Positions 46,843 to 55,280 of a stretch of DNA of 64,000 nt are shown in pieces (position 1 is the first letter of the stretch; each line of letters begins with the position of its first letter). The notes beneath the pieces were generated by a model. That model saw nothing but the letters and a program-made list of their open reading frames with translations, was not told where the DNA came from and made no database searches. Both the position numbers and the translations under genes were made by a program. The DNA lies in contig CAZVUY010000001.1 of assembly GCA_964630525.1 (NCBI GenBank), positions 114,901 through 178,900 on the forward strand. The letters are read 5' to 3'. The stretch is from an uncultured Candidatus Saccharibacteria bacterium (lineage in GTDB: Bacteria > Patescibacteriota > Minisyncoccia > Phycocordibacterales > WO2-35-19).

Positions 46843-48108
46843 TTACCCAGCAAAACCTATAAAAGCGACGTATCTCCCAATTACAGCTCCAACTATCACA
46901 ATAATAATACACACGGAAAGAGTGATCATCAGATGAGATGGAGTGGCGTTAGTCGCTATTCCAGATAATTTCTTTTTATTGTTAAACTTGTAAGCCATTA
47001 CGGTAAAAATTATTGCGGAAATCCAGTAAAAAAAGATTGGGTCTGTTGTTTGTCCCACTACTTCACCCAAACGGGCAACAAAAATATTCCTGTAGGCGCT
47101 GTTTAGGAAACCATATTCCGAAGTTAGGGTAGACAATAAAGCGAGAATACTTGTAAAAAACCCTGCAAAAGAATAAACGTTTATTTTTACAAAATCATTC
47201 GTATTGTTTTTATAAATTAAAAATCCAATAAAGATGATTAGTAGAATTCGCATGATGTTTGTAAAAACCCCAGTCTCTAAGCCGGGAGTAATTTTTACAT
47301 CATCAATCATTGTGGGAAAATTTGTTGTCGTGTAATCCAACCACTGGCCCCTCTCTTTTTGTAACTGCTCTAATGTTGCAATATCGCTGATTTTTCTTAC
47401 CTGACTGTAAGAATTGTATGCTACATGGGGGTAAACGCTCCTATAAATTCCTGGCGAGATTTCCCCTTCATAACCTATTCCACCCGGACTGTATTTAACG
47501 GTATAATCCGCGGCGGGGACACTTATTATGTAATCATTATATTCTGCTGCTAATGCGTATATGTCGGTCACATCTACGTTGTCAAAATACTTTGTAATTT
47601 TAAAATAATGAGTACATGAACCATTACCACATAAGAAATTTATAATTTCTGTATCAGGGGCTTGGCCACTTGTTACAGGAAGACCATTACTTTGGGGGAA
47701 AGGCGTCTGGTCATCAGTGGTTACAGTAGGAATTGTTATTCCAAATTTATTACTAATTTCTAAACTCCCAGGAGCAATAATATATATCTTAAAACCATAG
47801 CCAGAACCATAAATGTCTGGAACAATCAAACTATATGAACCATTATTTGGTACTCCGGAAGCAATTTCATATACATAATTTCTGTCAGGGTTGTCGTTAT
47901 TCGGTACTTCTAGCTTAATATCAACAGTAGGAGAATTGGTGAAAGTGTTCCACTTTATATCAAAACTTGAACCTTGGACCAAATTTTCATTACCACTAGG
48001 GGCAAGAATAAAAGAGCTTGGGCTCGGTGTAGTAACTTGCGCGTAGATATGGAATGGGAATAAGACTAAAAACTCAAAAATAGCTATAAACGCTATTATC
48101 CTTCTCAT
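46843..48108 (-). CDS. Hypothetical surface protein: signal peptide, extracellular domain, C-terminal multi-TM anchor
   Basis: It is 421 aa with at least 4 C-terminal hydrophobic helices. Direct repeats at 46732-46765 and 48132-48165 bracket it. Confidence 0.55.
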   Translation of the reverse strand: MRRIIAFIAIFEFLVLFPFHIYAQVTTPSPSSFILAPSGNENLVQGSSFDIKWNTFTNSPTVDIKLEVPNNDNPDRNYVYEIASGVPNNGSYSLIVPDIYGSGYGFKIYIIAPGSLEISNKFGITIPTVTTDDQTPFPQSNGLPVTSGQAPDTEIINFLCGNGSCTHYFKITKYFDNVDVTDIYALAAEYNDYIISVPAADYTVKYSPGGIGYEGEISPGIYRSVYPHVAYNSYSQVRKISDIATLEQLQKERGQWLDYTTTNFPTMIDDVKITPGLETGVFTNIMRILLIIFIGFLIYKNNTNDFVKINVYSFAGFFTSILALLSTLTSEYGFLNSAYRNIFVARLGEVVGQTTDPIFFYWISAIIFTVMAYKFNNKKKLSGIATNATPSHLMITLSVCIIIVIVGAVIGRYVAFIGFAG

Positions 48109-48239
48109 TCTGAAATATTACATGAACCAACATCACGAATCAAGAATGGGTGGTGATGAGCTAGGTCTTGACCTCGAAAAGGCGATTCTCAAACTTTGAT
48201 TTATTATAATTTTATAGTATATTTGCTCTTGTATTTATT

Positions 48240-48315
48240 GCGCCCGTAGCTCAGTCGGTAGAGCAGCTCCCTTTTAAGGAGATGGTCGTAGGTTCGATTC
48301 CTACCGGGCGCACCA
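48240..48315 (+). tRNA. tRNA-Lys (anticodon UUU)
   Basis: Acceptor GCGCCCG/CGGGCGC, D-arm GCUC-AGUCGGUA-GAGC, anticodon loop CUUUUAA, T-arm GUAGG-UUCGAUU-CCUAC and an encoded CCA. Confidence 0.85.
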
Positions 48316-49779
48316 GAAAGGAAATTGCAAGTCAGAGCTCGCCGCCTCGCTCTGCTCGGCGGCTCGCGCGTATTGTATTTTCGGCTCAAAACGGAATTCG
48401 CGATTTCGCAAAACATGGTTCGCGCCGATGTTTTTTAGAAATGCTGTCATTTTGGCAAAATCATTTTCGTTAGTCAGATTCGCGGCTTGATTCAAGGATA
48501 AAACAAATTCACGAGCCGGTTCGAGCCAAGACGCTCCTTTTTGCTCGATGTCGGTAATTTTCTCCTCCAATCGCACTTTTTCATACACGAGAGAGTTCTT
48601 TTTGGCGGCGTATTCGTCTGTGGATAGCGCGTCAGAAAGATAAAGGTTGAGAAGTTTTTCGAGCTTTGCCTCAATCTGCGCGAGTTCTCTTTTTAGAGTT
48701 TCCGCTTCTGTTCGCGCTTCCTCCTTTGCTTGCTCCTCGTCTTGTTCCAACGCCGCCAAAACTTTCTTGGTGTCTTGGCCCGATAAAGAAACTTTTTGAA
48801 GATAAGTTTTGATTTGCGCGGCAAGCATAGTTTCGCTGATGTAGCGTTCCGGGCACGCGCCTCGTTTTTTGGTACAGCGATAGTAGGTATAAGAGCCACC
48901 ATTGCCTTTTGCATATTGCGCGGTAATAGAACAACCGCACGAGGCGCATTTGAGTAGTCCGAGGAACGCGAAACTGTGTTTGCGGTCTGGTCGCACCTTG
49001 CCGCGCTTTTGCATAACTTCTTGGCATTTATCAAAAAGTTTCTTTGAAATTAACGGCTCGTGTTTTCCCTCAAAAGTTTCCGACTTGTACCTCATCAAAC
49101 CAGTGTAGAAAGGATTTTGGAGTATGGACTGAACATTGCTTAATGATATTTTCTTGCCTTTGTTGCCGAGCAGTTTCTTTTTCTCACACCAATTTGCGAG
49201 AGCAGAAAGTGGATATGCTCCGGTGGCGTAGAGTTCAAACATTTTTCTCACTTTCGGTGCTTTGTCGGGGTCAATATCAATTATTCTCGTCTTGGGATTG
49301 TTGAGATAGCCCACCGGAGCCCAGCCGGGCCATACTCCATTTCGTATCTTTTGCCGCAAACCTCTTTTTACATTCTCTCTCAAATTGTCTACGAAATATT
49401 TACTCTGTCCGAAAGCAATGTTCAACATAAACAAGCCTTGTGGTGTCGGTTCAAACCAAAAAGTCGGAAACTTGAGGGAACGAATCAAGCCGCGATCAAT
49501 CAGATGTATGATTTTGCCTCCGTCCACCGAATTTCGGGCAAGGCGGTCGGGGTGCCACGCGATAATGCCGTCTGCTTTTTGTCGTTCAATCAATGACAGC
49601 ATTTCTGCGAACTTCGTTCGCCCGGGCTCTTTTGCGGTTTTCGCCTCCTCAAAGGAGGCGACAATTTCAAGTTTTTCTTTGACGGCGAATGCGCGCAACT
49701 CTTCAAGTTGCGCCTGAATAGAAAGCACCTGTCTGTCCTCTTCCTCTGTACTTTTTCTTGCGTAGAGTATGTATCTCAT
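48301..49779 (-). CDS. Large serine recombinase (resolvase/invertase catalytic domain + recombinase domain + zinc ribbon)
   Basis: It carries YARKST and the active-site Ser region, ...VGYLNNPKT..., CxxC...C, and a coiled-coil C-terminus. The ORF reads through IR-A into the tRNA, so the true 3' end is uncertain. GC content is visibly higher than in flanking genes. Confidence 0.8.
   Translation of the reverse strand: MRYILYARKSTEEEDRQVLSIQAQLEELRAFAVKEKLEIVASFEEAKTAKEPGRTKFAEMLSLIERQKADGIIAWHPDRLARNSVDGGKIIHLIDRGLIRSLKFPTFWFEPTPQGLFMLNIAFGQSKYFVDNLRENVKRGLRQKIRNGVWPGWAPVGYLNNPKTRIIDIDPDKAPKVRKMFELYATGAYPLSALANWCEKKKLLGNKGKKISLSNVQSILQNPFYTGLMRYKSETFEGKHEPLISKKLFDKCQEVMQKRGKVRPDRKHSFAFLGLLKCASCGCSITAQYAKGNGGSYTYYRCTKKRGACPERYISETMLAAQIKTYLQKVSLSGQDTKKVLAALEQDEEQAKEEARTEAETLKRELAQIEAKLEKLLNLYLSDALSTDEYAAKKNSLVYEKVRLEEKITDIEQKGASWLEPAREFVLSLNQAANLTNENDFAKMTAFLKNIGANHVLRNREFRFEPKIQYARAAEQSEAASSDLQFPFWCAR
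48309..48408. repeat. ~100-bp perfect inverted repeat IR-A (partner 49826-49925) bracketing the serine recombinase; begins inside the tRNA-Lys 3' end
   Basis: gcaccagaaaggaaattgcaagtcagagctcgcc...cggaattcgcgatttcg has an exact reverse complement at 49826-49925. Confidence 0.7.
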
Positions 49780-49825
49780 GTTGTTTTGATTGAATTAAGG
49801 ATTAAAAATTTTTCTTCCCCTCAAA

Positions 49826-49925
49826 CGAAATCGCGAATTCCGTTTTGAGCCGAAAATACAATACGCGCGAGCCGCCGAGCAGAGCGAGGCGGCGAGCTCT
49901 GACTTGCAATTTCCTTTCTGGTGCA
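49826..49925. repeat. IR-A' (inverted copy of 48309-48408)
   Basis: It is an exact reverse complement of IR-A. The 26-bp IR-C ggattaaaaatttttcttcccctcaa (49799-49824) precedes it, and its partner is at 50061-50086. Confidence 0.7.
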
Positions 49926-50012
49926 GGATACTTGAATTAGTGCGAACCCACCGCGCCTTCGGCGCGGCACAACCCCCGCCAAAAATGCAGGCGGCGAAGC
50001 CGCACCGCTCAA
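49921..50012. repeat. ~92-bp perfect inverted repeat IR-B (partner 51006-51097) bracketing a membrane-protein gene
   Basis: gtgcaggatacttgaattagtgcgaacccaccgcgccttcggcgcggcacaacccccgccaaaaatgcaggcggcgaagccgcaccgctcaa has an exact reverse complement at 51006-51097. Confidence 0.7.
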
Positions 50013-50257
50013 AACCGCAAAAGAGCCCGGAAAAAACATCGGCGCGAACCATGTTTTGAATTGAGGGGAAGAAAAATTTTTAATCCAATAAATTCCCAAG
50101 GAAGAAGCCGCAATCGTGCGGATTTTTCGTTGCCCTTGACGTAAGGTACGGAATATGCTATGCTTATTTGCGAAAGATTGAGCCATGGTGGCTTGGTCGC
50201 AATAGCACATTTTCAACTCAAAAAACGGAGGTGCAGCTTGAGCGCAGAAACGATTGG

Positions 50258-50849
50258 CATGGTTTCTGGGCTGTTGGTGGTGGCGAGCGTCATCCCTTAC
50301 AGCATCAGAACCCACCAGGGCAAGGTGCAGCCGAACCTGACGAGCTGGTCGCTCTGGACGCTGATCGGCCTCGCCCTCTTGCTCACTTACAAGAGTTCGG
50401 GTGCCGAAGCGAACGTCTGGCCAGCGGTGTTCGGGTTCACTAACCCGCTCCTCATCACCTTGCTTGTTCTCAAACAGCATGGTGGGTGGACGAAGCCAAA
50501 CCGAGTCGAGGTCGCTTGTCTCGTGTTTGGCCTGTTGTCTCTCGGCCTGTGGCTGGGAGTTCGCGAAAACAAGGAGATGGCCCAATGGGCTCTCTATCTG
50601 GCAATTGTCGCGGACTTGTTCGCGGCGATTCCCACGATTGTGTTCGTGTGGACGCAACCGAATGGCGACCGACCGTTTGCTTGGGCGTTCTTCGCCGTCG
50701 GCTATGGTCTGGCAATCTTCGCCATTACCGAACACACCTTCGCGAACTACGTTCTCCCGCTCTACATGTTCTTCGGAGCGTTGAGCGTTACTCTCCCACT
50801 CGTTCTGTATCGGTGGCGACACAAAGTCCCGTTGTCGGAGTGGGTATGA
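50258..50849 (+). CDS. Hypothetical polytopic membrane protein (about 6 TM) inside IR-B/IR-B' segment
   Basis: The sequence from MVSGLLVVASVIPYS... onward is GC-rich. The track ORF starts at 50160. The antisense ORF 49821-50975 is an alternative that I judge spurious. Confidence 0.45.
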
Positions 50850-51005
50850 GTCAGAGACGAATAGCAAATCCGAGGCCCCTTGTGGTAGCAACATCACCAC
50901 TTGGGGCCTTTCTTCTTTTTGATTTGTTTGGTTATTTTTCATACAATACATTTGGTGTTTGCTTCGCAAACTCACATTTATTCGCCGTCAAAGAAAAACT
51001 TGAAA

Positions 51006-51097
51006 TTGAGCGGTGCGGCTTCGCCGCCTGCATTTTTGGCGGGGGTTGTGCCGCGCCGAAGGCGCGGTGGGTTCGCACTAATTCAAGTATCCTGCAC
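51006..51097. repeat. IR-B' (inverted copy of 49921-50012)
   Basis: It is an exact reverse complement of IR-B. Confidence 0.7.
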
Positions 51098-51280
51098 AAA
51101 ATAGCGGAGCAATTTTGTGCGCCCGAGCAAGCAAACTGCTTTGCTTGCGGGTAGGAATCGAACGGCGGAATGTGAAATTTGGAGCACCAAATTTCCATGA
51201 GCCGGTGCCCAGACCAAAAATTTGTGACTGACAAATTTTTGAGTCGAGGGAGATATTCCTACCGAGATTTTATTATTATC

Positions 51281-51309
51281 TTGACAAATCCTTCCCAAAG
51301 AGGTAATTT
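51281..51309 (+). promoter_or_regulatory. Sigma70-like promoter (TTGACA-17-TAATTT) with strong SD AAGGAGG before 51387
   Basis: ttgacaaatccttcccaaagaggtaattt is followed by ggctaaggaggtcgcATG. Confidence 0.45.
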
Positions 51310-51386
51310 TGTGGTGGAACCGACTCAGACTTTTCCTATATGGGATTGCTCTGAAATCTACAAGCCTATATGGCTAAGGAGGTCGC

Positions 51387-51923
51387 ATGATAACACAAAG
51401 AGCCTTCAAAAAGCTCGCTGAACAGAACCGTTGGTTGGTTGGTGCCTTGGAAAATCTGAAGCATCCCGACGACGACAGACCGTTTGAACGACGGGTCAAG
51501 GAGAGCATTGCCTTTATCGCTTTTCGCCCATTTGAGAAGCTGAGTCCAAACTGGCTGGCAAAGGGTGAATTTTACCCAATCTTCCACAAATCTCGGATGG
51601 CTGGAAGTGACGGAGCAATGTGTAGCTCCTATCCGCTTATTGTTTTTCATAAAGAGGGTTGGGAAGGCTTCAAGTATGTCCAACTCTCTCCACTCAACAC
51701 GGGTCTGACGATCGGGAAATGTATGGAGTGGTATGTAGACACTGCAAAGAAGAATGGATATCCAAAATGTATTGCCTTTGATGCAGTTATTATCCCGCTT
51801 CAAGTTCGCATCAACCCACACCGAATGATCGCCGAGTGTTACGAGATTTACCGATTTCCCGAGCCACTTGATTTTAAGTTTGACGACTTCAAGAAGTGGC
51901 TGGTAACCGCACCGCAGGAGTAA
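51387..51923 (+). CDS. Hypothetical protein (island cargo)
   Basis: It is 178 aa with no motif I recognise. It has a strong RBS and promoter. Confidence 0.5.
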   Translation: MITQRAFKKLAEQNRWLVGALENLKHPDDDRPFERRVKESIAFIAFRPFEKLSPNWLAKGEFYPIFHKSRMAGSDGAMCSSYPLIVFHKEGWEGFKYVQLSPLNTGLTIGKCMEWYVDTAKKNGYPKCIAFDAVIIPLQVRINPHRMIAECYEIYRFPEPLDFKFDDFKKWLVTAPQE

Positions 51924-52202
51924 TCAGAGGCTCGCCTAGTAGTGGAGACACGAACGGCGAGTCTTCTTCGTTTTTATATTGACAATTCGTGCACAAAACA
52001 ATATTCTTCCGTCTAAGTCAGGTTCCTTGCGGAATGGAATGGGTAGAACGCGGTCAAGTCTGAACTGCAAGCTAGTATAGAGTTCGTGCCATTCTTCACT
52101 TGCTCCAACGTATAAGTGAGCGAGGCTTCTCTTGGGTTGGAAATCTGACAAGTGCCCGGGCGTTCACGCGTCCGGGCTATAATTTATACAAATAAGTATT
52201 TT

Positions 52203-52607
52203 CTACAACGGTAAATCGACAGCGAAGGCGCCGGCGCCGGAGAGGAGAAGGGAGAGTAGGATTGATAAAATCAAAATATAGAAGACAAAGTTTCTTTTGA
52301 GAATGCTCGGGTCTTTATATTCCACATAAGCTTCGGCAAAGGTGAGGAGGGCGAGCACTAGGGCAATGATTTGGGTATAAAATCCAACTAGCAACATAAG
52401 TCCTCCGATCACCTCGACGGTACCCAGTATTTTGACTGCCAATTCTGGTCTCGGTATTCGGAGGGCGGAACAGGAAACTATCCAACACCTCTTTTCGTTT
52501 TTGAAGGCGAGAGCGCCCAAATTTACGAATATCAAACCCACCACCACCCGGATAATAAAAGGCGAAAGAAGCGAGAAGGCGAGCAGGTCTGGAAATGGAT
52601 TTAACAT
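52203..52607 (-). CDS. DoxX-family membrane protein
   Basis: It has four hydrophobic helices and LLSPFIIRVVVGLIFVNLGALAF...GTVEVIGGLMLLVGFYTQIIALV. Confidence 0.7.
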   Translation of the reverse strand: MLNPFPDLLAFSLLSPFIIRVVVGLIFVNLGALAFKNEKRCWIVSCSALRIPRPELAVKILGTVEVIGGLMLLVGFYTQIIALVLALLTFAEAYVEYKDPSILKRNFVFYILILSILLSLLLSGAGAFAVDLPL

Positions 52608-52655
52608 TGGGGTAAATTATTCTAATTAACCTAATTATTCTAATTATACTAAACA

Positions 52656-53264
52656 ATGACTAAAACCCAAAACCCCAATATCGTCGTTGTTTTAAATGAT
52701 ATAAGGAGTAACGAAAATGTCGGCTCGATTTTTCGTACCTGCGATGCGGCTGGCGTCTCCAAGATTTTTTTATGTGGCTACACTCCAGCTCCGGTTGACC
52801 GATTTGGCCGGGAAAACAAGGGGTTGACCAAAGCGTCTTTGGGAGCCGAGAGGTGGGTTCTGTGGGAAAAAGTAGAAAGTTTGCAGGGGGCTATTGAAAA
52901 AATTAAGCAGCTTCCTTCGGGGAATTCTCAAAAATGCACGGATATTTTCTTGCTAGAAAATTCCTCGTGCTCGGCTCAGTCAGCCTCGCAAGGCATTTTT
53001 GATAACACCCACTCAGGAAGCTGCTTAGTGGTTGGAGTCGAACAATCAGAAAATTCGATTGATTACCGCGAGCTCAAAAAATCTACGCTCCTAGCTTCTA
53101 GCTCTCAGCTTGCTCTTGTTTTTGGAAATGAGGTAGGTGGTTTGTCTCAGGAAGACTTAAAACTTTGTGATCTGGTGGCCGAAATTCCAATGCATGGTCG
53201 CAAAGAGTCCCTCAATGTGGCCGTCTCAGTGGGTGTCGTCCTGTTTTCGTTAGTAGCTGACTGA
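52656..53264 (+). CDS. SpoU/TrmH-family RNA 2'-O-methyltransferase with in-frame insertion
   Basis: It has NVGSIFRTCDAAG, LVFGNEVGGLSQEDL and a C-terminal SPOUT knot. An inserted segment at about 52900-53115 ends in an AGCT-element arm (53088-53115). Confidence 0.8.
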   Translation: MTKTQNPNIVVVLNDIRSNENVGSIFRTCDAAGVSKIFLCGYTPAPVDRFGRENKGLTKASLGAERWVLWEKVESLQGAIEKIKQLPSGNSQKCTDIFLLENSSCSAQSASQGIFDNTHSGSCLVVGVEQSENSIDYRELKKSTLLASSSQLALVFGNEVGGLSQEDLKLCDLVAEIPMHGRKESLNVAVSVGVVLFSLVAD

Positions 53265-54179
53265 GTCGACGATCAGACCGTTGCGATCGTGGAGGTTGAG
53301 TTTTTCACGTTCTTTGCGCCAGAGAGGGCCAAATTTGTTGAGGTAGACACGGTACTGGTTGCCGGGGAAATCGGTGTCGCCAAAATGGAGGGCGACACAG
53401 GAGTTGTAGTTGATCTGGGTTTTCAAATAATTTTTGCAAGAAGTAGGCACGGTATCTGGCAATTTTCGGATAAATTCATTGCCGACGGTGGTGCAACGGG
53501 GGATCCGTTCTATGAGATCTATACATTCATCCTGACGGTCTAGATCGGTTGAAAATCTGGGCAATTTTTCATCTTCTGGTTCAGGGCACTGGCGGGGTAG
53601 GCCAGGAGTGAAGCGCCGATTTTCTTCAAAGAAGCCGGTACACTTGTTGGTGCGGAAGGAAATACCGATCGGAGAGAAACCTTTGGTGATGATGGCGCGG
53701 TCACCTCTTTGTAGCACTACATCACTTTCGGTTTTGGTGAAGGGGAAGGGGAGGAGAGAGGCTTTGCCGATAGTTGCGTAATAGCCGGTCACTTCGCTTT
53801 TAAAATACCAACCAGTGATGTTGACGGTCTCGTTTTTTTCTAGATTAGTAGAAAGTTCAATAAATTCTCTATTTGGATCATCGCCATAAATCCCAGAGAC
53901 TCCGGACATTCTGATTTTGTTGTAATAAGGTGATCTTTTGGTTTCGGCGATTTGTTTTTGAATATTTTTTTCCAATCTCTCAATGTCGTCCTCAACATCT
54001 CTGATATTTTCTGCCAATTCTTTGTTGGATGAATAACCCAGGCTTTGAGTTCCGTTACCAATGCTCGATCCACCTCTCGGAGTGTTGCTGGTCGTACGGT
54101 CAGCGTTTTTGATCGGCTCATAAGCCAACCCTAAAATAATGATGAGGATTATTAATATTGGTAGGGGGCTGTCCTTCAT
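53250..54179 (-). CDS. Hypothetical secreted protein with lamin-tail-domain-like segment and Cys-rich C-terminus
   Basis: It has an N-terminal TM segment, an NITGWYFKSEVTGYYATIGK...LQRGDRAIITKG LTD-like pattern and 8 Cys. Confidence 0.45.
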   Translation of the reverse strand: MKDSPLPILIILIIILGLAYEPIKNADRTTSNTPRGGSSIGNGTQSLGYSSNKELAENIRDVEDDIERLEKNIQKQIAETKRSPYYNKIRMSGVSGIYGDDPNREFIELSTNLEKNETVNITGWYFKSEVTGYYATIGKASLLPFPFTKTESDVVLQRGDRAIITKGFSPIGISFRTNKCTGFFEENRRFTPGLPRQCPEPEDEKLPRFSTDLDRQDECIDLIERIPRCTTVGNEFIRKLPDTVPTSCKNYLKTQINYNSCVALHFGDTDFPGNQYRVYLNKFGPLWRKEREKLNLHDRNGLIVDSVSY

Positions 54180-54324
54180 CCTGTTAGTGAAAAAATGGCA
54201 TAGCTTTCTGAAAGCCTCCCATTTTATTTATTAAATTTGTAATGAAATAAACCATCGACATTTTAATTTAATCTGATCGAAAAAGCTCTTCAATGCCATT
54301 TTATACTACAGGATTCATTTTGTT

Positions 54325-55200
54325 CTATAGATAAATTTTTTGATGTTTGGGGCAGAAATGAGCACTACGTCCTCTAACCACCGTTCTTTCTATTATACCG
54401 CTACAACTCTTTTTCTGACACCTCTCTTTTTTCTTACCATATACCTGATGAAAATTTTGGAAGCCACCCTTTTCTCCAAAGGCATTGCGATAATCTGATT
54501 TGGAGTCGCCACCGTGTTTGATTGAAAATTTTAGTATCCGCTGCATGTTTTTGAATATCTCATCAAATTTTTTCTTCGGAACTTTATCGGCTCTCGAAAG
54601 TGGGTGAATACCGCTTGCCCAGAGGATTTCATCAGAATAGATATTGCCAATGCCGGCAATTATTTTTTGGTCCAACAAGGCTGATTTGATAGGTGTGTTT
54701 TTGCGTTCACCGACCATTTCAAAAAGTTTTTTGGCACTCAGCTTGGGGTCAAGAGCGTCTGGTCCTAGTTTTGCTGCATCATGGCTCCCGAGGTCGTTTG
54801 TTTCGACGATCGAAACGGAAGCAAATTTCCGCAGGTCTGACAAAAGTAGAAAATCACCACTTTTAAAAGAGAGTACAAAATGGACGTACTTTTCTGTCTT
54901 ACTTTTTTTGTACATCAAGCAGCCAGTCATTTTCATGTGGACTATTATAGTGAAAGCCCCGCCTCCTGCCGGAGGATTGAGGTGGATCAAGATGTGTTTG
55001 CCACGCCTTTCCAGATTGTTGATTGTAGAACCAATGACTAGTTTTTTGAATCTTTCAAAATATTTTTTGTTTTTTATTGTCTGGCGGTCGCCATGAGCGC
55101 TGCCAATATGAAAATCCGACCAAGCATCCGTTATTGTTTTGCCTATGATCACCGTCTTTAGACCCTCGACGGTAGTATGGACTTCTGGTAGTTCTGGCAT
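54325..55200 (-). CDS. mutM: Formamidopyrimidine-DNA glycosylase (Fpg/Nei family)
   Basis: It has the N-terminus MPELPEV, an H2TH region and the C-terminal zinc finger CQKKSCSGIIERTVVRGRSAHFCPKHQ. Confidence 0.85.
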   Translation of the reverse strand: MPELPEVHTTVEGLKTVIIGKTITDAWSDFHIGSAHGDRQTIKNKKYFERFKKLVIGSTINNLERRGKHILIHLNPPAGGGAFTIIVHMKMTGCLMYKKSKTEKYVHFVLSFKSGDFLLLSDLRKFASVSIVETNDLGSHDAAKLGPDALDPKLSAKKLFEMVGERKNTPIKSALLDQKIIAGIGNIYSDEILWASGIHPLSRADKVPKKKFDEIFKNMQRILKFSIKHGGDSKSDYRNAFGEKGGFQNFHQVYGKKKERCQKKSCSGIIERTVVRGRSAHFCPKHQKIYL

Positions 55201-55204
55201 ATTG

Positions 55205-55280
55205 AAAGCTTAAAACTAAGAGCTTTTAGCTTAGAGTGTAAGGGAATAAACTTCAAGCTCCTAGCTCTCAGCTCTAAGCC
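55205..55280. repeat. AGCT-rich palindromic miniature element between mutM and murE; encodes the last residues and stop of the Mur ligase
   Basis: The sequence is aagcttaaaactaagagcttttagcttagagtg, then taagggaataaact, then tcaagctcctagctctcagctctaagcc. Confidence 0.6.

Noticed and set aside
48282-48473. 63-aa + ORF overlapping tRNA-Lys and IR-A (and its mirror-image peptide at the 3' end of 49821-50975)
   Set aside because: It is encoded by the tRNA 3' end plus the inverted repeat. The shared peptide TRKEIASQSSPPRSARRLARIVFSAQNGIRDF simply reflects the IR being read in both copies.
49821-50975. 384-aa minus-strand ORF and overlapping + ORFs (50168-50443, 50401-50784, 50486-51154) in the GC-rich IR-B segment
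   Set aside because: High-GC DNA yields long chance ORFs. Only 50258-50849 encodes a coherent multi-TM hydrophobic protein. The others are Arg/Pro-rich nonsense and cross the inverted repeats.
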